From a virus (lineage: Duplodnaviria; Caudoviricetes), in the IMG/VR virus record IMGVR_UViG_3300034104_004986, positions 1-57,358 of that record: DNA of 57,358 nucleotides, one strand, 5' to 3'. The notes under the pieces are model-generated. The model saw only the letters and a list, made by a program, of their open reading frames with translations. It had not been told where the DNA came from and searched no databases. The position numbers were made by a program, and so were the translations under genes. Shown in pieces: positions 12,539 to 25,186 of this stretch; the stretch's first letter is position 1; each line of letters opens with the position of its first letter.

Positions 12539-15500
12539 TTAATAGGATGACGCTATTTCCTCGTACGGATCTCTACCAACATCTGGGATTCTATTGTACA
12601 TAGTAGTGTTCATATCAAAATTTCCTAATTCCATAGCTTGACTTCTAAAAGTATTGACACTATCCCTATTGCCATAGAGATTAACTTTATAGGAGACTCC
12701 AGGATTATAATTTATAGTTCCAATTTGAGGTATTTCAGCGGATCTATCTGGATAATTCTCTTCATAGGCAGATCCTCCTGGCAAAAGTGGTGGGCCCTGG
12801 ATATCTTCTTCTGTTCTGTCTTTATAGTGAGAATAGGCAAAGCTTCCCACTATTAAGGCTCCAGCTGCATAAACAGAGTTTCTGAATATTTTATTTCCTT
12901 CAAACAAGTTTTTAAAAGTACTCATGGCTTCTCTGTTAAAAGGAGTGTCACCTAAAAATGATCTATAGTCTTCTCCTGCAACAGCTGCCTCAAGACCTAA
13001 ACCAAGAGTATCATCTGCAGCTGGTGCTGTAACAGATCTAGCTGTCCTAGCTGTTATGGCATCAACAACACCTGCGTCCAGTTCTTTTTCTGCATTAATA
13101 TTTCTTACAATCTTTGATTCATCTGAACCTTCATCGTCTAATACTTTTAATATTGTTCTATCCATATCAGACATTGACTCTAGTGCCTCTTCACCAGTTA
13201 AGCCACTTGAAATTAAATCATCAAAAGATGTTCTTACTGCCTCCACTAAAGAATCATCTGATACAGCTCCGGCAACAGTTTCAAGCATTGACATGGTTGG
13301 TGCGTCAACCATTGTTTGGTAGAATTTTCTCATTCTTAAAGTTCTAGCTGCCTGTATTTGTCTTAACATCTCTAAACCATTATCGCCAAGCACATCAAGA
13401 TCTGTTAATCTAAATGCTTCTTTTCTTCTTGCAGAAACTAATTCCATGGCGTTAATTATTTCTTCGTTTGTTATACCGAATCTTTCTGCAGCAAGTCTCA
13501 TATCTTCAGTGACTTTTTCTCCTAAATTAATTTTTCTTAAACTATTAATAAGCCTTTCTGTATCAGACATATCCTTAGAAGCCCTGTTTAAAACGCTGTC
13601 CATTTCCTCTTTATGTCTATCCATCAAGAATGTAGCTATTCTTTGTGCCTCTTCGCTAACCGGTGTTGCAGCAAGTATTTGATCCTGTGGCATTGACGCT
13701 AGGGCTAATCTTTTAAGTGCATCTGCTTGTGCTGCCGTTTTTTTAGCTTGATCGTCTAACTTGGCCAATGATGCATACTTATGGGAACCAGATGCTCCAA
13801 AACTACCCATCAGGTAATCCATAGCTTCTTTACCTCCCATATCCAATCTAGACAGCGTGGATGTATATTCATCCAGTCTGTCACTAGAATAACCAGAAGA
13901 AGTTATTCCCTCTAGGATTCCTTGTATTAAGGTTGGAACATCTCCAGATTCTGTTAGTCTTCCAGAGAGTATTAAAGAGTCTATTACTGGCCTTAAAGAG
14001 TCGTCTATTGCACCATATTTTCCGCTAGCAACAGCGTTTTCATATATTGCTGTTGCTGCACCGAAACGTCTACCTAAATTAAGGATTGCGTCTTCTCCTA
14101 CTTGACCAATGTCTGTTGCTAGGAATCTTTCTAAAGCTGGAAGACCCATTCCAGCTCTAAATGACATAAGTTCACTTGAAACCTCTGCTATAAATTGCCT
14201 TTGCATTGTAAAGTTAACTGCTCGGTCAATCGCAAATTCTTGTGTTCCAAGCCCAACTTGGTATGCAGATAGTTTTAATGCGTCTTCAGCGTCTAGCATT
14301 TCTGCAAAATCTGACATTTGATTTAATGTTGATCCAACCACCATAGATCTATTTATATAAACACCTAGAATATCTCTTTCTTGCTTTGCTGTTTCCGTCA
14401 TAACATCAATTATGGATGCATTCATCAAAGCATCAAATCCCCTACCACCAGCGGTAGTTTTAGCAGCTGCGTCTTGCACTATCTGTCTTAATTCTTCATC
14501 CGTTGTTACTGCAACCAATCTTCTGTAAATATCATCATCTATGTTTTCTTGAAAATCTGGAAGCATCCTTTGTAAACTTTCTCTAATGAATGTAGCCTGT
14601 TTACTCTCTGCCTCTATCATTCCAGCAGCTGCAGCGTCATCAAATTTTGCTTTTGTTAATCTGAATACTCCACCTCTACCAATATCGTCTGCTGATATGG
14701 CATCTGTATATCTAAGTGGAGATGAACCATATCTTGATATATGCTCTAAAGTTCTTTTATCTGCTTCTGCTATCTTTGAGCCTCTTCTTTGATATACTTT
14801 TAGAACTGCTTCAGTCATATCTTGCTCTGTTCTTGTCGGATCTAATTTTTCTTTAGAGCCATTAATGACTTGAAACAAGTCCTCTAAAACTTCATCTAAA
14901 CCACCTTCTTCTCGCATGGTTTTTAGTGTTTCTTTAAACCTTGCCGTTCCAAATAAATTCTTTAAAGTTTCCCCATCTGTTAAAGCCGCACTACCATATA
15001 TAATTTCTTTAGAACCAGATGGCTGTCTTGTTATGGAGAATATTAAATTCTTACTCATGGATCCGTCTGGCTTTTTTTCAGAAGCAGTCATTAACTTAGG
15101 CAGACCTTTGTCGTCTAAGTCGAAGCCTCCAAGTGCGTGATAAAACTCTTCAATTGCACCTGCTGCGAAAAGCATTCTATGGTTATTCACTCTAAATTTT
15201 AATAGGTCAGCACTTACCGATGCTCCTTCTAGGTCATAAGTAATTGTTTGAAAACCTTTTCTTCCTGCAGTGTCTCCAACAGAGCCTTCATATTTGTCTA
15301 GTATTGGAGCTCTTCCGACCAATGTTGTTTCAGATCCAACAGCAAATCTATAAGTATTTGGAGATACGGGCAAGAATGTAGTTGCTACTTCTCCTCCAGC
15401 TCTTGTTTTTGTCTTAACTGTATACATTTCACTGGCCATAAAAGAGTGCAGCATATTCATCATTTGCGGAGATTCTTTAGGCCCTACACCAGACTGATGA

Positions 15501-17378
15501 AGCTGAAGTATCTGTCTAGCAAATTCTTGGTTTCGAATTCTTGACCTTTGCATAGGTACAGGTAGACTAGAATAATCCTCATCAGCAACAGTTTCTAACA
15601 TTCTTTTAACTTCTTTTGGAAGTGTATTTGTATTAACTGCTTGCTCGAAATCGGACAATACTTCAGCAGAATATGACTGTATTGCCTCCAGTTCTTGAGG
15701 AGAAGCAAAAACTTCTGGATGAAATGCAACCGTAACAGGGTCGGCATACACTAACTCTCTAGGTGTTCCAAGTCCACTTATTGAAATCATGTTTGTACCT
15801 GAAGCGAGTTCTACGTCACCCTTAAGTCCAGATCTTCCGATTATATATCCCACGTTCTCAAAATCCGAACCAAGTCTATTGTTTAGATCAAGAACCTCAA
15901 AAGCTATCTTTACACCTTCTTCATCTACTGATCCTCTACCAGTTATTTGATATAAATTTCTTGAATTATTTAATAATCCTCTTTGCTGTTTTAGTTCCAA
16001 AAGTCTTTGTCTAATTTCAGGAGTATCTCTTACTCCACTTGCAATGTCTGCTTCAATTGATGATATCTTTGCATCTAATAAGCTTCTTGCACCGCTTAAT
16101 AATCTTTGATTAAGTACTCCGTGCACCATCCCATTCTTTTTCTGCAGCGCCCATTACCGTCTTAAAAACTTTATATTGATCATCAGTTAAAGAACGCTCA
16201 GCTCTATCTAACAGTTCTTCATTAGTTTCAGAGCTAGCTATTATGTCAGAAACCCCTGCTCTTTCTAATTCTTGTAAATAATCATCATATGTTCCACCAT
16301 AACCCGCAGATCTTAAACCTGATTCTATTATTAGTTTTTCGTCTCTATCTGACATCAATATACTTATATGTGTTACGTTGGTAGGCTTGCCTATTGCGCC
16401 AGAAGTTGAACGAAGCGACCTTCCTCTTGCTTGTTGCCTGAAGGCCTTTCTAAAAGTGTCAAGACCCTCTTCAATAACAACACCAAAGTTATCCTCTAAA
16501 CTACCTACAGCGTTTCTTCTAACTATATCATCATACACATCACTTGTTATTCTTCCTGCCGCAAGATCTCTTTCTGCATCAGCTATTAGTGATGCTTTAA
16601 CTGATATGTTTTCTCCAAATTTATTTTTACTTTTAAAAATATGTGTAATATCTTCACCCATTAAAGTCAAGTCTCTGTCAGCAGTTACGCCTCTAACTCT
16701 TTTACCTAACTTAGAAAGGTAGCTTTCTATCTTTTCTGAAGAACCATCTAAACCAAAAGCTTCAGTTATTTTATTCAGTGAAGCAACGTCATTGCCTAAA
16801 AATGACATTAGTGTAAACATGTCTGATTTTTTTAAAGACTTTCCACCTATCATCAACTGAAGAATGTCTACCCCTTCATCATCTATAAAAGGAATGAAAC
16901 CACCTATTGATCTCTCTAGTCTTTCTAATCCAGTAGATATGTTTGCACCTCTGCTTTCTTGGCTACTAATTAACCCTAAAGAAAGACTATCATCTGTTAT
17001 TCCAGATCTAGATAAAAAATCTAAGAATGCCCTATCTCCACCAGCTTTAAGCTGATTAAATCTGTCTTGCATAGATTGAAGAATAGCTCCCATTTGAGCT
17101 CTTCTTGGATTATTGGTTACATCACCAATTCTTCCCGTAGAAGGTAATATTCTTTCGTATTGGGTAATCATCTTAGTGCTTGCTTCTACAAACGCAGATT
17201 GTGGATCATCAAAAGATTCTCCTGTTGCGTCTATAATAAATTTCATTGCTCCAGAAGCATCTACGTCAGCTCTAACTACCCCACCACGACCCAAGTCAGT
17301 AGATCTCATTGCCATTTGAGTTGCAGTTAATATCTTATTGATATCACCACCAAATAAATCCATTATATTAAAAGCCAT
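12539..17378 (-). CDS. Large virion protein (~1612 aa), candidate two-barrel RNA polymerase-like; joined from 16110..17378 and 12539..16129 by a +1 shift at CGG 16121
   Basis: GAT GGT GCA CGG AGT ACT TAA vs GCA C GGA GTA CTT AAT. Motifs WDGAG, QITGRG..GVK, SGLKG, LGGFDLDDK, TRQP, LGVYINRSM. Confidence 0.55.
16118..16121 (-). other. +1 recoding site CGG-A (codon 420)
   Basis: In-frame CGG two codons before TAA; +1 frame open for ~1190 codons. An ATG at 16129 offers an alternative two-gene reading. Confidence 0.7.
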
Positions 17379-17380
17379 AC

Positions 17381-20300
17381 TTACCTTATTCCTGCAGATA
17401 TATCAATTGAATTTGACCCAAAAGGATTCATTACTGGTGTAATAACTCCTGATATTCCAGATCCACTTAAAACATTTCTTAATCTGCTTATGAGACTAGA
17501 ATTATTATCTTCTTTTTTATTAAACTCTGGATAAGAAGGACCTGTTAAGTTTGCTTCTTTTATCTGTTGTGGATAGTAACCCATCTGAGACATGTCAACG
17601 CCCATGCTATTGCCTATTTTTATCTTCACATGTTCCATATTAGTGTTAGGGTGCCAACCCTCCCAAGAAGCATCTGGTAGTTCGTGTCTTGAAAAATATT
17701 CCTCTAAGTCTGGCCTTTGTTCTACTTGCATTCCCCAAGCTGCTTCATAGATTCTTCTTTCTAATCTTCCAGCTGTTGATAATATTCTTTTACGATCCTG
17801 CTCAGGAGCATTAATCATTTCTTTAAAATGCTCGCGTTTTCTTTTTGGTATTGCCAAAGAAAGAGTATCCATTGAAGCACCATATATATCTGCTCCATAC
17901 ATGGTTCTTTTTGCTGCTTGTCTAAACTGGTTTGCAGCTGCGCTATCCCCACTTTGCTGTGCCATGCCAGCTAATCTAGTATTCTTTACATAATTTAAGA
18001 TATCTGTATACTCTTCTAGTGCAAGTTCTTTTTTTCTACGAAGCGGAATGTATCTCTCATCACTTACAGCTTGAGATATATTTCCTATTGAAGAAGCAGT
18101 AAAACCTGTAGCTGTACCCAATAGTGATCCGAATAATTTACCTCTTGCAGTTCTTCCAAATAAAGATCCAGCTAAACCAAGTCCTGCTGCTGCTGCTATT
18201 GGATTTCTTTGAGTAGACTTATCTATCATTGGTTGAATAAAGCTTTCAAATGGCCTCTGCCATTGAGGGAAAGTGGAACCATAAACGTTTCTTCTTTCCC
18301 AGTCTTCAACAGCAGTTCTTTTCTGCATTAATTTTGTGTTAAAGATGGTATCTCTATGAGCTAAGTATTCGCCAAATTGTTTTGCCCTAAAAACATAAGG
18401 ATGCAGGCCTTGTTCTTGTGCAGAAGAGTCTCTATATTTATAGTCGCTAAAATCATATCTTTTAGTTGTATTTGCTACTTGTTCTCTTATCTCTGCAAGT
18501 TTTTGTTTTTGTCCAGCGTCTGTTATCATAGAATCAGCTAAGCGATTTATTTTTTTAAATTGTTCTGAATATGGAGCCACATCTCCAAGAATGTCAAGTT
18601 GATTTAAAATTCCATAACGACCTGTAGAATCTGAATATAATGTATTTAATCTTTCATAACCAATACCTGGTAAGCGAAGTTCTCCTTCTTGAACTTTGGT
18701 GAATGGATCTCCAGTTTTAAAGTTAGTAAAGTACTCGGAACCTGGTAGGAATGGATATTGTTGGCCCATGGTATTTTGAATTGGGTTTAAATAGTCAATT
18801 CCAGTTCTTTCTTTTGGAATAAATCTTCTAACAATTTCTGAAACTTCTAAGTTACCAAGAGGACCCTGTGCTGTTAAAGGAACGTCACCTAAGCCACCTA
18901 AGTTCAAATCCCAAAAAGCTCTTCCAGTTCCATAGGCTTTTGATGCAGCCTGTAAAACTGATCTGCTTGGCTCAAAATCTCCCTGACCAAAACCAAACTT
19001 TTCTCTAACAGTAGCCATACTGAATCCATAGATGCCCAACATTTCTTGTGATCTGTAACCAAATTCTCTAAATTGAGATCCCATTCCCACTGAAGATAAT
19101 GGCTCACCTGTTGGAACAATTCCTGGTTGCATTACCCCTCTTTGTTTTGGTGGACCGTAAGATAATTGATTCAATGGAGCATTAAGACCAGCTATATTAC
19201 TCATGGTTATTCTTTGTGCTGTCGAGGTAGGATAGTTTCCAGCACCGGCGTACAGTGCATTGCTGCCAGATATCATAGGTTGACCAACACCCATGCCTGC
19301 ACCATCATTAGAGACTGCTGCACCATATCCTGGTACTCCGCCACCCATTCCAAAACCAGATCTAATTAAATCATTAGTAACTTGGGGCTGAGAGTAACCT
19401 GATGCATTATAAGCTCCAGAAGCACCAGCTGGCACATAAGCTCCCAGACCCTGCATAACCTCTTGCTCATGCATAAATACTTGTGGTTTCAGTACTTTGC
19501 CTACAGTTGCGTTTAATGCTGCTGTTAAAGGGCCCCATGGACCAGTAAAATAATCTCCACTTACTGGATACGGTCTATCAGAATAATGCTTTCTTTCAAA
19601 CCTATATGGATCTAAAGGCCTTAATGGTGATATGTCATTGTAGAATAAAAACTTTTCTGCAGGGCTGCCAAATGAATCAGAAGTAAACATTGCTCCTGCT
19701 TGAAGCTTTCTGTACCAAGATGGCCTGTAATACATTATCTTTCCACCTTCAAAAGGAGTATTACCAAGTGGCCAGAATCTTCCCTGCCTAATTGGTACTT
19801 CTCCTTCTAAAAGCTGTTCTCTTTTTTCTTCTGTATTCATTCCACCTGGAGTTATTCCAGCAAGGAGTGATTGAGCCTCAACTATTCCTCTTGCAGCTTT
19901 TGTTGTAAAAAATGGAGAATATACTCTTTCTCCACTTTCGTCTCTTCCGTTTACCATGCCACCAATGGTTCTATCGACTGTCATTGCAGCAGCGCCTGCT
20001 CCATAAAGCGGAAGAACTCTCTTGCCAACCATTCCTCTTGCATATAGGTCAAGTGGGCCCTTAAAGCCAGATACATCCAGTTGCATGCCGAAAGTTCCAA
20101 AGTTTTTATTTAATCTTTCAACACCTTGAGAGATTGGAATGGATGCTCCAGAAAAACCTTCTGGGTTTTGATATGTATTTATTCCTAATGCACTCTTTAT
20201 AGCTGCCATTGGACTAGCGTCAAAGACTGTTCCAAAGGTTGGAACGAATGTGATTCCCTGACCAGAACCAAGTGGATCTACAGATAAATCATCTATCATG

Positions 20301-23300
20301 TATGGGGCAGTTCCAAATGTTCTTTTTGCTCCTGGCAGAAGTGTTGTAAATGGTCTTCTAACATTTGTGGACATTAATCCAAATGTACCTTTAGTAAAAG
20401 GTTCAAATAATCCCTTTACAACATCTGGATTTGATCTGCCATGATTGAACATACTCACTGCCGCATTTCTAGCATTTGTGAGTAGCTCTTCACCTTGCCT
20501 AAATGTTTTGAATGCATGCATATTAAACAATGTAGATAATGCAGCTGCTTGTGCTTCCGCATATTGTGCAGCAGGTAGGGAGGACTTCATCGTCCTTAAT
20601 GCATTCTGCATCTCTATAAATATAGTGTCAGTGTCTCCTCGCATAAATGCATTTGTCTGTGATATAAACCTAAATGTTTCTGATCTTAACTCATCGAAGG
20701 TTGTAGTGATGGATGGAGTCTTGCTTGAAAGCTGAGAAGCAGACAATAAATCAGCTTGTCTTCTAAGTTCTCTAATTCTAGAATAGGATCTTTGAATTAT
20801 TGCAGGGTCATATGTACCAGAAGTTCTTAGTCTATTTGCTATGCCAGGTAATGCGGACTCAAGTTGATCTAAAAAGTTCAAAAGGTGCCTAGGTGTATCC
20901 ATCTCTGAAACTCTTGCACCTGCTATAGTCGTAAAAAGATCTGGATTTGATTCTTCCAAAGCCTCCATAAACTGCTTAGAGAATCCAGAATCAAAAGACT
21001 GCTTTCTAACTGAATCATAAGATCTAAGCAAAGCTTCTTCATCCACTCCTGCTACAGCAGCTCCTGTATCATCAATGACTCTTAGGCTTCCACCTGATGT
21101 GTCAAGGCGCATTGTTTTTCTTGTTCCGCCACTTGTAAACTCAACCTCTTCACCAGATACTAATCTTGACAATATTTTAGGATTATTTACATCTCTGTTT
21201 CTTTGAGTGAATCTAGATATTAATCCAAAAATAGAGTTTGGCTGTTCTGCATCGACATTCATTACTCTTTTGAAAGTTCTTGCTCTGTCAGAGTTGCCAA
21301 GAATAAAGTCTAGAAATCTAGAACCAGATTTACCTGCTATATCATAGGTTGTGTCTCCTTCTAGGTTTGCTGCTATACGAGCGTGCCTTGTGTACATTTC
21401 TGTACTATTTGTTGGAGCTGGTCTATATGTTCCTTTTAGTGTTCTGCCAAATACTTCTCCAGAAAAATCATCAGAACTATACGCTGTAACTTTTCCTTTT
21501 GTACCTAAGAAGCCACCAGTACTGTGCCAGATGTGAAAATCTGATCTATCTCCTTTAAAACCATGAAAAGGCTGAACTGTCATGCCAGGAGAATATTGTA
21601 ATGGCCCCCTTCTGGACATCCCAGCAAAAGATCTGTATCCAAAAAGGTCTGCTGGATTTAGTTTAATAATTGGAATATGAAATTCACTTGCAAAGAAGTC
21701 TGCTGTTTTACCAGCTACATTTTTTATTGCACTAAAGTCTAGTACATTTCCAGACCTAGTTTTATAAACACCATCTAATGTATTAAATCCAATACTTTTT
21801 GAAACTGGGTCATGTCGAGCCATTGATCCGGCTAAATCTGTTATGACTTTTCTTTCGTTAGTACTTAATCTATCAAACCTACCAGATTCTATAGCTTCGT
21901 CTATTAACATTGGCTTCATGCCAAAAAGATTAAAACCACCGTTAAAGATGCCAGAAGTCATTTGCTTATTTTCGATTAAGAAAGATCTTAACGAAGCGAA
22001 GTTGTTTGGATTATATCCTCTTTGTGCAAGTTTATTTCTAACTTCATCATCAGAAACTAATCTTCCGTTAGTCTCTTTTAGTTTTATACCAAGACTTTGT
22101 GCTGTTTTTCTTTGAAGGAATTGTTGTTGCTTATCACCTAGTGGACCAACAAAGTCGTTAAAGTTTGCTTTTTGTGGCTTAAGAAATGTAGATGCTACAT
22201 CTGCTAAATCATTTCTATAAAACTGATTCCACTGTTTTGTTACTTTGTTTTTTAAAAGGGTTTGAAATTCTCTTGAAGAATAGTTTGCATTGACATCGTT
22301 GAGTATTCCTCTTAAAAATTCTTCTGGACTAGAACCTCCAGCTGCTGTTGTCAGGTTATCTGCAAAGTCCTTGCCGCCTTTTATTCCTTTGTATCTTTCT
22401 ATAATTTGCTTATAGTATTCATCGCCTCCTGCAGTTACTGGATTTCTACCTATTGAGACAATATTTGTAACATCAGTACCTTTTCCTACCGGTGGTCTTA
22501 CTCTTAAGTTTCTAGCAAATGATTCAGATTCGGATTCTGTTAATCCTCTTTCTTGAAGTTTTCTTGATATGAGTTTTTTATATTCAGATTGTTGTTGTCC
22601 GTAGTAAAAGTCTGATCTGTTAAAGCTTTTGTCACCTGGACCACCACCACCAAGTACTGCTACTTGTCCGGCTAATCTTGAAATTCTACTAGAATATTGT
22701 TCCTGGATAGTATCCATAGCTCTATGGATATTGTCAACACTATATCTTCCAGTTGCGCCTCTAGCCTCTGCTATTATTTTGTCGTACTTAAAGGAACTTT
22801 CTAGAGCATCATATCCTTTACCAAAAAGCTTAAACTCTTGGAAACCAGCTTGCACAGCTCTACTTAAGCCTCTGAATGCTGGAATCGCATCTAGTGCACC
22901 ATATTTATCTTCTGATCCAAAAGCAAGGGCTCTAGCCATAGAGCCCGCAGTTCTTAACTCGCTTGCACCGGTAGCTACTGATCTTCTTCTAGCTTCTTCT
23001 GCTCCTGCTCTTGAATCTCTTAATGCCTGAACTATTCTTGGCTGATCGTTAAGAGCCTCTGCTGCTGCATTAAATCCAGCTGAAGTTTGTGCTGTTGTTC
23101 TTAAAACCCTATTTGTTATAGTAGAAAAATCATGTCCAACTTCAGACAATAATTCTGTTAGGTCAACATATCCTTTGACCATTTTTTGTTTACCAGGACT
23201 TAAACTCTTTAAACTATCCATTGAGTTTTTAAAAGAACTCAATGAGTTTTTACTTGCAGCTAATCCAGCTCCACCAACTTCAAATGGCGCAACCATTGTC

Positions 23301-23987
23301 AACATGTTTACAGTTGACGTTTTAACGAAGTCACTAACAACATCTACTGGGTTGTACCATTTTACTTTTTTATTTTCGTCACCTTCACCGAAAAGCTTAT
23401 CGCTAACACCCCTTTGTGCTGCATATAAAGCTGGAAGTTCATAGGGCATTCTTCTTCCTGCCCTAACCATCCTTTTCTGTATTTCATCTTTTAGCGTCCA
23501 GACAGCAGCTGGTTCTTGAGTAATACCCCCAGTTGCTAAGCGCATTTCTTCTGATGTTGTATACGAATATCTATGTATTTCGCTTTTTGATCCTAAGTAA
23601 CCAGTTGTTAAATCGCCTTCTGGCGTTCTAAAAACAAGATCAGAGTATGGATCATCTACTCCATCTATGTGTCTTTTTACGCCTTGTAGTTCATCAAGAG
23701 CTTTTCTTATCTCAATTATCTCTGATCTAGCGCCACTAGAGAGTTTTGTGTTTAACTTTTCTGCTAGCTTAAGTCCGACCCTTTTTCATCATTGAGGTCA
23801 TTACACCAGCTACAGCTATAGAAGCTGTAGTATGCGCAACAAAACGCATAACAGGATGACCCTCTAATGATTTTGATAATACACCACTATTTGGGGATAC
23901 ACCTTGTGTTTCCCCCTCACTTACCGGCAGATCTCTAGACGTGACACCATAGCCAAGATTCTGTATTGGTCCACGATCTCTAATCAA
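17381..23987 (-). CDS. Large virion protein in the tape-measure position (~2201 aa); joined from 23769..23987 and 17381..23545 by a +1 shift at CGG 23777
   Basis: Follows the tail chaperone genes; Ala/Gly-rich with hydrophobic segments. TTG start with GGAG upstream. +1 frame open from 23776 (GLKLAEKLNTKL...EEMRLATGG). Confidence 0.6.
23774..23777 (-). other. +1 recoding site CGG-A (codon 71)
   Basis: ATG AAA AAG GGT CGG ACT TAA vs GGT C GGA CTT AAG CTA; stops confine the shift to ~5 codons. Confidence 0.8.
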
Positions 23988-24004
23988 CTTTTACTCCAGT
24001 AAAT

Positions 24005-24629
24005 TTATGCTTTCCAAAGCTTTTGAGCAATTGGATCATCGTACTCAGCTTCCCCTTCTTTTTTAGAAAGGTTGTGTCTAGCTGCTTTTTGTTTTGCCTT
24101 TATTTCTTCTTCTTCTGGATCTATTAATTCAAGACTCATATTTGTTGGTTCTATGCCATTCATCGTCTGCTTGATTTCTATTATTTTTTCTGAGAGGGCA
24201 ACTTTTTCAGAAAGTTGAGAAAATGTCATTTCGTCAAGATCGTCTGGCCTATATGTTGGTATAGCTGCTAAAACAAAAGCTTTCATTAAATTTCTTACTT
24301 CACCAGACTTTTCTCTTTTTTCATTTAATGTATTCTTTGCTAAACGTGCAGAATAAAAACCAGATACATCAATTATTTTTTGAGCCAATGAAGTTATAAG
24401 TCCGAGGAGGCAGATTGTCTACACAAAAGTCATCCGGATACACAACTGCGCTATTGATTATAAGATCTTCTGTATCTGCAGAAGAGTATTCTTCTGAATT
24501 CTGATACTCAGATATTTTGTCATATTCAGAAAATGTAAGTTCCCTAAAAACTATGTCAATATTTTTTATGGTAGCAGTAAATACTGAACCATACATTTTT
24601 TTAATTTCATATAGTTTTTCTGGGTTCAT
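24005..24629 (-). CDS. Tail assembly chaperone-like protein 2 (~207 aa); joined from 24369..24629 and 24005..24388 by a +1 shift at CGG 24404
   Basis: Shifted product ..VFRELTFSEY..VVYPDDFCVDNLPP-GLITSLAQKIIDVSGF aligns with its uninterrupted neighbour ..AWRVLTRLEY..ILFPEYERIEMNGVMA-GVPSLIAQEVLEASGF. Confidence 0.7.
24401..24404 (-). other. +1 recoding site CGG-A (codon 76)
   Basis: CTG CCT CCT CGG ACT TAT...TGA vs CCT C GGA CTT ATA ACT TCA; the paralog has Gly at this position. Confidence 0.85.
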
Positions 24630-24632
24630 TTT

Positions 24633-25121
24633 TTATAACTGCCTAACCTCTAAGGCAACGAATCCTGAAGCTTCTAAAACTTCTTGTGCGATTAATGAAG
24701 GAACTCCAGCCATAACGCCGTTCATTTCAATTCTTTCATATTCAGGGAAAAGTATGCATATCTCAGCAATTGCTTCCTCGTTCCACATGTTTGCTTCTGC
24801 AGAAGAAAGCTGTCCAGCCTGAATTAACTGTTCCATCTTCTTAACAATATTTTTATATTCTAATCTTGTTAAAACTCTCCATGCAATATGCTTGTCATAG
24901 CTTATTGATGTAACATAAACTTCTCCAAAATGTTCTTTCCACTTCTTTACCATTCCAGCAGTTGGACCATCTTGCCATATTTCTTCTTCATCAGGAAGAT
25001 CTTCGACTCTATTAATTTCTTCTTCTTGATTTTCAGTTGTTATAATTTCTTGATTAAACTCTATTGCTTCTGCTGTTTCATCATCTGTCGATGCAATAGT
25101 TACTTTTCTTTCGTTAGACAT
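24633..25121 (-). CDS. Tail assembly chaperone-like protein 1
   Basis: Acidic 162-aa protein between tube-like genes and the tape-measure-position gene; paralog of the downstream gene; AAGGAG SD. Confidence 0.6.
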   Translation of the reverse strand: MSNERKVTIASTDDETAEAIEFNQEIITTENQEEEINRVEDLPDEEEIWQDGPTAGMVKKWKEHFGEVYVTSISYDKHIAWRVLTRLEYKNIVKKMEQLIQAGQLSSAEANMWNEEAIAEICILFPEYERIEMNGVMAGVPSLIAQEVLEASGFVALEVRQL

Positions 25122-25154
25122 AAATTCTCCTTAATGAATTATAAATCAAATAAC

Positions 25155-25162
25155 ATTATACA
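25155..25162 (-). promoter_or_regulatory. Putative -10 element (TGTATAAT) upstream of the chaperone/giant-gene block
   Basis: Consensus TATAAT in a short AT-rich intergenic gap ~35 nt before the ATG at 25121. Confidence 0.35.
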
Positions 25163-25186
25163 TTTTTTTGTTATTTTAATCAACTA

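Noticed and set aside
24369-24404. Classical lambda G/GT (-1) or Mu-type (-2) chaperone frameshift at the A-run TCA AAA AAT
   Set aside because: The required change is +1, there is no canonical heptamer, and the paralog alignment places the switch upstream at the CGG.
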